From assembly GCF_000315625.1 (NCBI RefSeq), contig NW_005434464.1:1-64000 (forward strand): a DNA stretch of 64,000 nucleotides, written 5' to 3'. Positions within the stretch are counted from its first letter, which is position 1. The number at the start of each line of letters is the position of its first letter. The notes under the pieces are model-generated. The model saw nothing but the letters and a program-made list of their open reading frames with translations. It was not told where the DNA came from and did no database searches. The stretch comes from Guillardia theta CCMP2712. Lineage: Eukaryota; Protista; Cryptophyta. Below, piece after piece: positions 1 to 12,135 of this stretch. The position numbers and the translations under genes are program-made.

Positions 1-455
1 GCTGAGGCGGTGTATGTCTCGACCTTCTCCTTCTTGGGTTCTTCAATCTGCTGCATAAACCACTCTCTGGATGCGTCACTCCATCCAGTCATCGCTTCTT
101 GCAGAAGCTCACGTCGTGCCTGCTGACATGTCGAGCGGATGGCTTCTGCGATAGCGTCGGGGGTGCATCCCTCCACAGCCTTGCAAGCCTGGGCTGTCCT
201 GCTGTTCGGATAACGCTTCGCGAAGCTCTTCACCCTCTCGACGAGATCAGCTTCGAGGACAGAGGCATCCACAAGTCCGCTCTGCGTGTATTGGCATGAT
301 CTCCGATACAGCAGGTTGCGAACATTTTCATCATACTGAAGAACCATACTTAGAAAGCTATTTGAAGTATACAAACCTCTCGCTTGCAGCTTCCTTGGCG
401 CCCTGGCAGCTTCCCCTACACCACGCGTGCAGCCATGGTGCCTGAAATAACCGGC
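1..455 (-). mobile_element. Partial, diverged copy of the telomere-associated element (5' part of its ORF; continues off the window)
   Basis: Minus-strand frame from ATG 347 reads MVLQYDENVRNLLYRRSCQYTQ...ADLVERVKSFAKRYPNSRTA, collinear with ORF 758..3013. It abuts telomeric repeats at about 455. Confidence 0.75.
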
Positions 456-520
456 CCTAAAGCCTAAAGCCTAATGCTGCCGAAAATAACGGCGGCCTAA
501 ACCCTAAACCCTAAACCCTG
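455..520 (+). repeat. Interstitial telomeric repeats (CCCTAAA plus GCCTAAA variants) between the element copies
   Basis: ccctaaagcctaaagcctaat...cctaaaccctaaaccctaaaccct read directly. Confidence 0.85.
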
Positions 521-757
521 GGACTCACGTTCCAGCCGAAGTTCCCCCCGGGCCTCGGTCCGGACCGGGCCCTAGGCCCCGGCCGGCCGCCGCCCGGCCT
601 CCTCCACCCGCCCCCCCTCCCCCCTCCCCCACCGGCTTACCTGCTCTTACCTTCGTTGCTTGCCCCATGACCACCTGCTTTATTTCTTCCTCCTTCCCCC
701 CTTGGGGCCCACAGCTCCGCTCCGCCTCTTGTCCACCTCTAAGACTTGACTCGAGCC

Positions 758-2908
758 TCAAGCGCGCGAGAGGCCTGCACCGGCCTCCTCCTCCACGCCC
801 TCGCCCTCCTCAGCCTCCATGTCGACTTCCTCCCTCATCATCAGCCGCAGTCGGTCTTGCTTGTCGACCTTGCCCGTGCAGCTCAACCCATGGTGCTCAG
901 CAAATTTACTGATCGCAAGAAACAAGAGGCTTACAGATCGACTCTCGATGTCATCGCTCTCAGCCTCCTGCTCGAGCGCATCAGTCGCCGCTGCCCTTGG
1001 AGAGAAGGCGCTGCCCCTCCTCGCTGCCTTGTTCCCTTGCACCCGTGTCCAGCGCTGCTCGCCGAGGTACGCTCTGAGCTTTTCCTTCAACATGTTTCGC
1101 TTCGTTCCCAGCGTCGGCGTGGCCGCCCAAGCTCCGAGCGTCATGAACTCCACGTTGCCCGGCGAGCAGAAGGTGTCATGCAGCTTCCCAACACTCTTGT
1201 CTAGCTCCAGAGAGATCGGCTTGCCAGCTAGCAGCTCCTCCTCTGATGTCTCCAAGAGCATCGTCGAGAGGTCGAGCAAGACCTGTTGATCGACTGGCCC
1301 TGACGGCGACGCTGCTTCCATGGTGATCCTGTCGATGTCGCTGAGCTCCAGCCATCCAGCGCCTTGCTGCTGCCCTTGGGACTCTTGGGCTTGCTCCTCG
1401 CTGCTCGGGCTCCTCTCCTCCTCATGCTGAGGGTTGAGCTTAAAACCCACCGCTTCCAGCTTGACTTCCAGGATCCCTTCCAAGTAGAAGGGCATGTCGT
1501 CCATCAAGCGTCGAGCCTCTGCCTTGGTCGCCAGGGAGAGAGCTATCAGGCTCCCATCCCAGCTGAGCGTGTCACGATCCTCCTCGACCTCGACGCTGAC
1601 CGGCGTCACGCCTATCCTTCTTGCTAATTCCAACATGGCTCGCTTGACTCTCGTGATCGATGTGTTACCTCCTCCGCACAGCGCTTCCATCTCCTTCCTC
1701 GAGAAGCGGCCTGTGCTCATGCTTGACCTCGACTTGATCTGCACTCTGAAGCTGCTGCTCCCCGCATGATCTCTCTCGCGAAGTGCCCTCCTTTGCTTAG
1801 CGATCTTTCCCCTAGGAACGAAGGTGTCGGCTGTGAGCTCGACTGCAAACGTCTCTCTGAGCTTGGCGTCGTCGCTGATGAGAGTCAGGTGCACCCCCTC
1901 CATCGCCTCGCTCTCTCTGAACGAGGCCAAGGTCTGCTCGCAACTTGCCGTCGAAGGCGAGCTCAGCACCCACTCCAGCTCTTTTTGCTGGAGAGTTCCG
2001 GTACTTGCCCCAACAGCGACATACGTCTTCGGGCTCGGCCCCTTGCGACCTCTCTGCCCAGGACCCTGCACGAGCATGCCAGCAAGCGGTTGTACCTCTG
2101 CGGCTGCAAGAGATTGCGAGACCAGCTGAAATCGATAAATCTGAGCGATCTCAGCCGTCGACATTCCTCCGAGAGCTAAGAGCTGCGATAGCTCGGCAAG
2201 GCTCCCTCCCTTGCCCCAAGGTCCTCGCTTGGCTCGAAGCTTGAACGACCGGTCGTGTGCAATGCTGACTTCCGTTGCTTTAAACGCTCTGCCGTCTATG
2301 GTGTATTCTTTCCTGCCTTCCCATAGCTCCATGGCTGCTTCATTCCGAAGGAAGGAGACGGTGACTGAGATGTCGTCTGCTCGTGCTATCTCAGGTCTGT
2401 AAGGTGCTTTCCACATGATGGCCTTGTCGCCTCCATCGACTGAGTCTACCATGAGCCCCAGCTCCATAAGCTTCGTTTTCAACTTTTCTTCTTGTCGAAC
2501 AAACATCGAGGAAATCCCTAGGAGAGTCATGGAGATGAAGGAGGTCCCCTCGGTGCCTTCGGTGCCGATGTATGTCTCGACATTCTGCTTCTTGGCCTCC
2601 TCCATCTGTTGAATAAACCATGCTCTCGACTCTGAGCTCCATTCACTCAGAGAGTCTTCAAACAGGTCGCGTCTCGCCTGCCGACATGTCGAGCGGATGG
2701 CTTCAGCGATAGCGTCGGGAGTGCATCCCCCCTCAGCTCTGCAAGCATAAGCTGTCCGACTATTCGGATAACGCTTGGTGAAGCTCTTCACTCTCTCGAC
2801 GAGGTCGGCCTCTTCGACGTGGCCTCCAGAGCGCTCACCGTCCTGCGTGTATTGGCATGATCTCCGATACAGCAGGTTGCGAACGCTCTCATCATACTGT
2901 AGTACCAT
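758..2908 (-). CDS. Intronless ORF1/Gag-like protein with RRM-like segments, from the telomere-associated element
   Basis: 751-aa open frame; first Met conserved between the two copies is at 2908. RRM-like patterns SMTLLGI...VTVSF.NEAAMELW...YTIDGRAFKA and FRVQIK...IALSLATKAEARRLM. No RT motifs. Confidence 0.6.
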   Translation of the reverse strand: MVLQYDESVRNLLYRRSCQYTQDGERSGGHVEEADLVERVKSFTKRYPNSRTAYACRAEGGCTPDAIAEAIRSTCRQARRDLFEDSLSEWSSESRAWFIQQMEEAKKQNVETYIGTEGTEGTSFISMTLLGISSMFVRQEEKLKTKLMELGLMVDSVDGGDKAIMWKAPYRPEIARADDISVTVSFLRNEAAMELWEGRKEYTIDGRAFKATEVSIAHDRSFKLRAKRGPWGKGGSLAELSQLLALGGMSTAEIAQIYRFQLVSQSLAAAEVQPLAGMLVQGPGQRGRKGPSPKTYVAVGASTGTLQQKELEWVLSSPSTASCEQTLASFRESEAMEGVHLTLISDDAKLRETFAVELTADTFVPRGKIAKQRRALRERDHAGSSSFRVQIKSRSSMSTGRFSRKEMEALCGGGNTSITRVKRAMLELARRIGVTPVSVEVEEDRDTLSWDGSLIALSLATKAEARRLMDDMPFYLEGILEVKLEAVGFKLNPQHEEERSPSSEEQAQESQGQQQGAGWLELSDIDRITMEAASPSGPVDQQVLLDLSTMLLETSEEELLAGKPISLELDKSVGKLHDTFCSPGNVEFMTLGAWAATPTLGTKRNMLKEKLRAYLGEQRWTRVQGNKAARRGSAFSPRAAATDALEQEAESDDIESRSVSLLFLAISKFAEHHGLSCTGKVDKQDRLRLMMREEVDMEAEEGEGVEEEAGAGLSRA

Positions 2909-3042
2909 GCTTAGGTAGCTACGGTTTGAACGATACAAACCTCTTGCTCGCAGCTTCCACCGGTCCCCTTGCGCTCTCCCTACGCGCCGCAGGGCAGCAT
3001 GTACCTCTGACAAGGCCCGGCTGCCTCTGACAAGGCCCGGCT

Positions 3043-3111
3043 CCTAAACCCTAAACCCTAAACCCTAAACCCTAAACCCTAAACCCTAAACCCTAAACCC
3101 TAAACCCTAAA
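3043..3111 (+). repeat. Telomeric repeat tract (CCCTAAA)n, about 10 units
   Basis: Perfect tandem heptamers. C-rich strand on + implies the chromosome end lies toward coordinate 1. Confidence 0.97.
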
Positions 3112-3359
3112 CTCAGTCAGGAGTGTTGTCTCTCCCCCCTCTTGGCATCCAGTCGCCACCTACTCCTCCATCCTAAACCCTGAACCCGACGACATCGGGA
3201 GTGGATCTCTAAAAACCTATAAAAAAAAACTCAGGCTTCACTAAAAAACCTCATTCAGTACTCACTACCCCTCAGCCCTGATCCTCTTGACACAGATCAC
3301 CCACCCACCCCTAGCCATTCCAACTACTTTTCAAGTGCCGCAGAATTGAACGGTGAGCC

Positions 3360-4459
3360 ATGCGCGGCTGCTGGCCATGCCGGTGGGGCAGGGAAGAGAG
3401 CGGAGAAGGATGGCGATGGCCTTGGGGTATGGGAGGGAGAAATCAAGAAGAAGAACCGATAGGTCTCGGAGCTGGTCGTATGGTCTATGGGAACCACCGG
3501 CGCACAGGGAAATTGAGGTCTCCTCCAAAGCTGATCGAAGCAGGAACCGATGGATCAGAGGAGGGAAGGACTCCGAGCTTCTTCGTAGAAGCCTCCGTTG
3601 TGACTGTATCGGGACTGCAACCTGTGCAAATATTTGAGGGGACCATGTTTCATCCACACGCCCTGGCCGGGAAATATGCGAACATGAATGGCAGTGAAAA
3701 CGGAGAAAGTTCCTTCGACAGGCAGAGCAACAGAAAGAACAGCAACTATCCATCAATATGTGAGGAAGATGGTTTCGATGGAGCTCTAGACCCATCGCAA
3801 TTGGAAGCCATTGCTTCCAACACTGGTCTACAACTTATCCGTGAGTTGCCACTTCAACTCCTGCCTTTACTTTTTTCAACAAACTTGTGTTGAGTTTACC
3901 TCGGCAATTATTACATGCTACCTTCTTCTTTTCTTGATCATTTTCCTCTCTCAAATTCTATCTTGATCTGATTGCTTGTACAGGATGTGCACAACTGCTA
4001 ATTGCCAACGGGAGAGAAGAAGCAGCCCTGAGCACGTACAAGAAAGCAATTCTTGCTGACCCAAGCAACGTGCTCGCCCTCATCCAATGCAGCGATCTCT
4101 TATTCGAGCATGAGTACACAGAAGAGAGCGAAATGCTTCGAAATTGCGCCAAGTCAATCATGAACAAGTATTCAGACAGCGAGGGAGAGGAGGAACTTGA
4201 AGCAATCATGCAGGAAGCGCTAACAGAACAACAGCGAGAAGTTGAGAGAACGCCGCTGCCCAACGTGGAGGCCGAGGAGGTCGAGGCTCTTGTGGAAACC
4301 ATATGGAACCGCTTTCAAGAGGTGATTCAAGCTTCGCCACTTATCATGGAAGATGGAGAGGATTCTCCTGCAGAAGAATCGTGGGACGACGAAGTTGATG
4401 ATGGCGGCGTGCAAAGGAGCATGTCACTTCCTGTGTTGACCCAAGCAGAGTTGGAGTGA
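3360..4459 (+). CDS. Hypothetical TPR-like, acidic protein (multi-exon)
   Basis: Last exon CAQLLIANGREEAALSTYKKAILADPSNVLALIQCSDLL is TPR-like. Start is uncertain. Confidence 0.45.
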
Positions 4460-4772
4460 AAGATCGAGATTTACTTCACCACAGCTGTCGATGTACGATA
4501 AGTTGATGTCGTCCGAGATTCATCTGACTCACATCTCCACATACTTCAAGGTTACGCAAATTGCTTGACTGGTCGCTCCTCATCAGAGTTGCTCAAGTAT
4601 TTTGATCATGGTTCTTCCTTTCGCTGCCTCACTTAATATCCTTTCCATCTTCCATCCTAATTTCATCAACATTTTTCAAGTCAATCTTATCTCGATGGTA
4701 TTTTGCGCACATGCATCACACGGTCGAATACTCCTTTATAAATCGATTTTCTGCTTTATTCTTTCAGTCTCG

Positions 4773-6469
4773 TTACTTGTGCTCTCGAGGACGAGTGGAA
4801 GATACAGTCTTGCCAGAGCCATGGGAAACGGAACCCTCAGCTGCGTCTATAGATTCTTCTTCCTCAAGCTTGACAAGACGAGCAAACTCTGTAACTAGCG
4901 GCTCCAGCACCTCGAACCTCGCGACGGCAAGCATGAATCCGTCACGTCTCATCTGCTTCCCCGAGCTCTTTCTGCTCTCCCATGCTTGCATCCCCCAGCG
5001 GTCCCTCGTTCTGTCGAAAAACTCCTTGAGGCCTTCCCCGACCTTGGGGATCTCTTCCTCCTCAAACTTGCTTAGCTCCGCTCGCAGCTCCATACCTCTC
5101 TTTCTTCTTGCCTCACGAGACATAGACGCAATCGCAGCCGCCGCCGCCTCTTCTTCTCTGCGCTTTGACTCTTGAAGAGCAAGCTCCTCCCTCTCCCTTT
5201 CCTCGGGCGTCTTGAGCCGTTCTGCCTTGACCTTCATGGTGACCTCAAGATATCTAGATGGGTCAAGGGAGCGGAGAAAAAGGAGTTCTTTCAAGTTCTT
5301 GTCCTCGCGTAAAAAGAGATCGACCACTTCCTTGTCCGTCATGGTTTGCACAGCTTCTTGCAAGCTCCTTTCCTTGCCCTTTCCTTCGTCACGTTCTTCC
5401 TTCACTTCTCCTCCTGTTTGTTCACGCTCGTCCTTGACTTCGTCTGCTTCATCCTGACCATGGCCTTCCCCCAGCTTCTCATCTGCGTCAGTCTCCATCT
5501 CTACCTCTTCGTCGTCTTCGCTCTCCTCTTCAGTCCCATCTTCACTGTCACTCCCCTCCATGTCTTCTGAGTCCCAGGCCCCGTCGTCCTCCTCGTCCTC
5601 CTCGTCCTCATCTTCAACCCAAAAGCTTGCAGCGGCAGAAAGTTGTTGTATCATTTTGAACTCCGTCAACTTGCTCATATCAAGCGTCCAGATGTCATCC
5701 AGAGTGACCTGCAAGAAAGTTCAGAACCAGCTGAAAAGTGATAGGCAGAAAAGATGAAGATGGCGGAGTTGAATCATAACAAGGCATCTAAGGAGAGATA
5801 CAACCAAAGAAAGCAAGAGACAGACAGAGATAAATGCTTCACCTCTCTCTTGTCGGCATCGACTTTTCCACCAAAAATGATAAGTTCGTTTCCTCGGACC
5901 GAAAGATGCGAGTTGATTCGCTTCATTGGTCTTGAGCTGTTTGTGTCCTCTTCCGTGACTTCCTGTACGACCTCCACCTTCTCATCCTGCACCTGAGTAA
6001 CACAAGAGCCAATCCACCGTCAGCAAGTCACATCAAGAGAAAAGGAAGTGAAGAGTTCAGAAAGGTAAGGGAGGGAGGGAAGCGGAAGTCAGGCTAGAGG
6101 AGGCGAACAAATCATGAGAAAAGGTACAACCTTCTCTTCCTTCTTATGCTTGAAAAGTGACGGCATGAGAGATGCTATGGTTCCTCCTTCAATGCCGTCA
6201 CGGCTCCCACTATGTTCTTCTTCCGCTTGTTTGTCAGCGATAATTTCCTCATTGCTGTTGCTTGCATGTTGGTTTTTGCTCCCTTGTTTCACCTGAGACT
6301 CATGCTCTTGTTGCCCAGATTCCACGGGTAGAAGCAACATGCAATCGGAAGAATGGACTAGCGTTTCTCTCTCGTGTTCATCTCCTTGCTTTTCTCCTTC
6401 TCCATTTCCTTTTCCCCATCCTCCTTCTCCTCCTCCTCCTCCACTACCTCCTCCTCCTCCTCCTCCTCC

Positions 6470-6506
<37 letters not shown>

Positions 6507-7946
6507 TCTCCTCTTCCTCTTTGTTCACATCTTGCTCGCGTTTGCGCGACAAAGACTTTTGCATCTTCTTGAATTTCTTCTTTCCAAGGAATTCCACGTC
6601 TTCCTCCTCCTCCTCAACATCGTCCTGTCCTTCATCTTCTTTGCCCTCGATATGCTCCGCAGCCTGAGAAGTGTCCTCCTTTGCCTTCTGCCTCCGGCCG
6701 CTAGCCTTCTTCTTGCTTCTGAGTGTGACAGGAAACCAACGGCGCTGGTCCATACGGAAGACGAAGATGTCGTTGAAGAAGGTTGAGGTGAGGTCGTGCT
6801 TGCTGTACTCGTCGTGCACTCCTCCAAAGACAACCAAGTTTCGTTTCTTATGCACACACGTTGAAAAGCCACAGCGAGGACTGGGAGGAATCCCTCCTCT
6901 CCTCACTTTGGTCCAAACGACTGCCCGAGGGTCAAGACTCCACATGTCAGTATGCACTATGCCGTGGGAGTCGTCGGATGAAGAGAAACTTCTACCATGC
7001 TTGGTGTATCCACCATACACAAAGATCATGTCCTCAAACTCCCCTATGCCACAGGCTGAGCGAGGAGAAGGCCAGCTTACGTTGTCTCCCTTCTTATCTT
7101 CCCCAAGCTTCTTCCACTTCATCTCCCCAAACTCAAACAGGTAAGCATCGTTGAAGTAGCGGACGTCATGCCCTGTGTCATAGAAACCTCCGAATACAAA
7201 CATGCTATTCTTCCATAGGATCTGTAGTCTTACAAGTAAGCAACTTCGTCTTCTTTGAAATTCCATACCGCACGATGCCCACTCCTCGGTGATGGGCCAT
7301 TCTTGCTAGTGATCTCTTCCCATTGACAGTTCGCCTGCAATTGTTTTCACTTTCCCACTTTTCACCAGCGACTGCAATGACAAAGGCTAACCGCATCCAG
7401 CCGCCACATGTCCTTGTGATGGTAGAACTGCATCTGACTCGGAGACGTGAACTCCCCTCCGAAGATATACAAGTGAGTGCGAGAGGCCACGGCCTGGTGC
7501 GATGAGCGCGGCTTTGGAGTGTTGGGACTTGTAACTTGTGACCACGTGAGAACCCCTTTGTTCTCTTTAAGCCGGAAACTGTCGCAAACAATTCAATCAC
7601 AAAAATGTTGAAAAAATAACTCACAGATGGTTGTATACAAAAACACGTTCTCCGTTGTAATATTCGCCTCCAAACAGAAAGAATTCATTTTCTTTTAGTG
7701 GATTGCAGGTAAAGCTTGCATGAACCCGTGGAGTTGGTTGTTCACATATTTCTTCTGTTACAACTTTCCTGTCTCGGTCTTTGGCTGCCAGCTGATTTAG
7801 AATCAACTCGATGTCTTCTTCCTCCGGGAGCCCACTTTTTGATCGCTCTTTTGCCTCTCGCTTTGCAGCTTTCTTTGCGGTTTTTAGTGCAGTCTTTTCT
7901 GCTCCTTTGCCCTGTTTCTTTTGTCTTTCTTCTTATCTTTGCCCAT
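4773..7946 (-). CDS. KLHDC4: Kelch domain-containing protein 4 (Kel3-like) with DUF4110-type C-terminus
   Basis: Basic N-terminus MGKDKKK; kelch repeats FLFGGEYYNG, FVFGGFYDTG, PSPRCGF; acidic tract; C-terminal PKVGEGLKEFFDRT...KQMRRDGF. Several short introns. Confidence 0.88.
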
Positions 7947-8022
7947 AGTTGCGGTCAAGTTTCGACGAACAACTTCCAGTCAGATGATCGCTTACTGTTG
8001 AGTGGAATTATGTTATCCCTGT

Positions 8023-8210
<188 letters not shown>

Positions 8211-8629
8211 CTTCCTGCTTCGCGGTCGGCTCCTCCTCGTGTTGGCTCCGTTCAGCTTTGGATTCGCTCCTCCATTTCCTCCATTTCAACCACACGTGCA
8301 AATGGTTGCAACCGTTGGCAGCAGTTGCAGAAGTCGGACCACAATGATGGGTGACTTCTGATTTGGGTTCATCCCCGCTCGTGCCCTAGCAATAGTGAGT
8401 GGCGAGAGGAGTGGCGATGAGTGGCGATGCGGGTAGGGTAAGGTGATGGGTGTGAGGAGAGGAGCACAAGGTCAGGAGGGATGAAGGAGAAGACAAGAAA
8501 TGGATCAAGATAATGACAGAAGCGAAATGACGGGATGATTCAGCTGAGGTAGACTGTCAAAGTTACACACCAAGCCAACGTTGTGGATTCAGAAGCAGCA
8601 GCAGTCAGTCACATACATCAGCGCACTTG

Positions 8630-10329
8630 ATGTCTTCTTCAGATTTTCTGCTGAAAGAAAGAACGAGGAAGGTTCGATATCGCACAGATGACCCGGTGTC
8701 GAAGCTGAAGATCAGAATTATCCTCGAGCAGAAGCAAGGCGACAACGAGGAGGAACCCTGGGTCAGGAAAGAGAGGGTCTTTGAATGGCAAGAAAAGGTT
8801 TTCGGAGCTCAAGATTTTGAGATGTATTGCCAGCTTGCCAAGACAAAAGGCGGCGATGAGAAGCAAGGGGTGGAGGAAGAGACAAGCGGCGAGTTGAGCC
8901 CCTTGCAACTCAAATATGTCCGCGCAGTCTCTCGTGTTGCAAGAGCAGAGACGATCTACTCGTACGTCGACGCGGACGATTTCAATGACATTGATCAGAG
9001 AGCCCCTCTTCTCAACTCGTTGCAAGGAGATACAGAAACGAACCTCGCAAAGATGAAAGATTTCTCCGAGCTATCTCGAGGGCGGCCTTCCCGGCATGGA
9101 GCAACGTCAGAAGAAAGTCGTCAATTCACGATGATGTACATTGTAGCGGATCTTACCAGTGATCAATCGCAGTCTGAAAGCGGAGAAAATGTGTTCAGGA
9201 AGCAGAAGTTCGTGCTATGCAAGATTAAGGCATACGATGACGGCTCTGTAGACATGACCCCCGGCTTCTCGCCCGAGCCCTCCATCAAGATCGACATCCT
9301 TCAGAACTACAAGTATACGCAAGCTGATCTCGGTATCCCCTATCGTATCCGGACAGAAGGAGGATTCAACTATGACTACTGGATCATCAATGACACGGAG
9401 ATGACAGATGAAGCCGCCAAAAATCGAGCAATAGCCAACCAGAAGAAGTACCAAGATCAACTGCTCAGCAAGGCGCAAGAGCTGCGAAAGAATTACATCG
9501 GAACTGAGTTTGACTTATTCAATACAGCCGACAAGGACGACGAGTGCAGGATGTTCATCAATATAGAGATTGTGAGTGCGATTGGTTTTGATCGAGATCA
9601 TCTGTACGTGCAGTACCTTGTCGACATTCCTGAGGGCTGGCAAGTGGTTGAATCTCAAGATCCGGACGACTCTCATCCGGTGTGGGGCAACACTCTTCTG
9701 TCTACAGTCCGGCACAAGAGGAGCGGATACGGCCTCGGATCGCTGCTCGGCCTTGCCGACGGTTTCGAGACTCTCAACCGAGTGGCGCATTTCGCACATC
9801 CCATCCACTTGGAGCTGCAGAAAACGAGAAACGCAAACGGGAAGAAGCCAGTGCTGCTCCTACAGGTCAACTCGTACGACCGTTGGGATAGACAGCGCGT
9901 GCAGGGCTATGGGCACCTGATCCTTGCAGGCGAGACGAGCTTCTGCGAGCACAAGATCAGCACGTGGACTCCAACTCCCAGCCAGGTGGGGAGAATGCGG
10001 TCCTTCTTTATAGGAGGGTCCCCAGAATTGAAAGACTTCCGCTTTGCTGGCCTTGAGGCAAACAAGGCTGGAAATATCCTGAGTCGATATGGATTCTCCA
10101 CAGAAAGCTCAGGTCTGACGTTCTTCAAGTCAACTACTGGTTTGTTATGGTCTTGACCGCAGGAGACGTCATCGTTCGAGTGAGCACTGTAGTGCAAAGC
10201 GCGTTTCTTCAGCGATCGAAAGGCGGTGGATCGTCAAGGACAGATGAACCAGGTACCTCCCTTGTTTCTACCGGCAACCTGCTCAAGACAATTCCTGCAG
10301 GAGTTTCCGGAGTAGATATTGTAAGATAA
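8630..10329 (+). CDS. MKS1: Meckel syndrome type 1 protein (B9/C2 ciliary transition-zone protein)
   Basis: YRTDDPVSKLKIRI, FEWQEKVF, IEIVSAIGFDRDHLYVQY, VNSYDRWDRQRVQGYG, MRSFFIGGSPEL, SRYGFSTESSG. Short intron near 10113-10162. Confidence 0.9.
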
Positions 10330-10505
10330 CCAAGTCAAAGCCTGTTTGCTAACTCTCCATGTAGGAAGTGAAAAGACGGAACAAGATGAAGTGACAAATC
10401 CAGCTTGCGCAATGAACGTATCTGTTACCAAATTGAACAAGAGACGATCATTGGTAGCTGAAAGCATCAGATATAATGTTTATTCAAGATAAAACGTCAA
10501 TCGAC

Positions 10506-12135
10506 CTAAAAAGCCGGGGGATAGGTATACATTGAAATATTGCCGTTCATGTTCGGAAAGTTGTTCTGTGGGAGGGGAACAGGCTGCGACTGAACTTGAG
10601 GTGGGATGGTAGACAGATCACTCTTGCGTTGGCCCTTCTTCTCGGCCTCCTCGTCAAACAAGAAACCAGCTCCATGCTCAGAAGCATCGAGACCGGCATG
10701 TTCGATGTCTTCTGACACCCTCATGCCAATGGTCTTATCGATGGCAAGGAATGTCATTCCAGCAGTGCCCATCACCCAGGCCGCCACCACCAAACTTCCA
10801 ACAATCTGCACTCCAAACTGCTCGCCTCTTGCACAAGCGTTGTTCACATTGGGATATCCTGCGTACTGAATGTTCCCGTCGCTGCAAAAGATTCCGGCAG
10901 ACCATACTCCCCACATTCCACAGAAGCCGTGTACAATGCAAGCATCACAAGGGTCGTCAATCTTGAGCTTGAGGAGAAGGTAATGTCCCAGGTAAAGGAT
11001 CAAGGAAGCAACCAAACCGATGATCAAAGCTGCCCAAGGGTTCACGACAGAGCAGTTGGCAGTGACGCCGACGAGGCCAGCGAGCAACCCGTTCAAACCC
11101 ATGGAGATGTCATAGTGCCCTTCGAAGATGAAGGTGATGAAAGTCGCTCCAATGGCTCCGGCGGCAGCGGCAATGGTAGTGTTAACAGCAACTTTACCAG
11201 CGACCTGCCCTAGACCTCCTGAGATCGCCAAAGTTGAACCGCAGTTAAAGCCGTACCAACCAAACCAGAGAATGAAGGCTCCAAGGGACTGCAATGTCTT
11301 GTTTCCAGCATAAAGCTCGTTCACTGTTCCATCAGCATTGAATCTCCCGATCCTGGGCCCAACAACAATTGCACCCATCAATCCGGAAAATCCTCCAACC
11401 ATGTGCACAACTCCAGAGCCAGCGAAATCAATCATGCCATTAGAGTTGGTGTTGCCAGTGAAGAGAGGCCTGGGATTATCACCATAAGCACCCCAGGCAG
11501 ACAACCATCCTGTGCCCCAGACCCAGTGAACGACGACGGGATAGATGAACGCAGTGATAATGATTGAGTAGACAAAGTAAGCGCCGATCTTTGTTCTCTC
11601 ACAAACTGAACCAGCAACGATGGTAGCTGCCGCACCAGTGAAGGCCCATTGGAAAAACCAAGACTCCCATCCATCTGGCGAACAGGACCAAGAACCATCA
11701 GAAGCCTTGGTGCAGCCTCCGGCTTTGTTGTAAACCTCGTCCAGAGCAAAGTTTGAGCCTCCGATGAATCCTCCTGAGTCCTTTCCATAGGCAAAGCCAT
11801 AACCGATCAGCCAGAAGCCGATGGCAGCGATGGAAGCGTCGATCATGTTTTTGAACAAGATGTTGATGGTGTTCTTTGGATGAACAATTCCAGCTTCAAG
11901 CATGGCAAACCCTGCCTGCATGAAAAACACGAGAGCGCCTGCATAACTCAAGTTCAGATGTTGTCTGTGCGACAAATGCATTTTTACCAGTCAAAACCAA
12001 CCATGCGCTGTCGGTATCTCTGCTAAGCTCTGCGACTTGCTTCAGAGCCATGTCGTTCATAGTCTGGAGCTCGATGACTGTCTTGTTCATGGCAACCAAA
12101 TAGTTGTAATTGTCCGTCGAAGTTATCGTCGACAT
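10506..12135 (-). CDS. AMT1: Ammonium transporter (AMT1 family)
   Basis: FFMQAGFAMLEAG, FFQWAF, DFAGSGVVHMVGG, LWFGWYGFN, IDDP..HG, GLDASEHG. One short intron near 11941-11986. Confidence 0.96.

Noticed and set aside
525-761. Possible start of an ORF2 (endonuclease) overlapping the ORF1 stop
   Set aside because: Only 78 aa, no catalytic motif, and it runs into GC-rich filler
8300-8400. RFX X-box upstream of MKS1
   Set aside because: Only partial matches to the consensus
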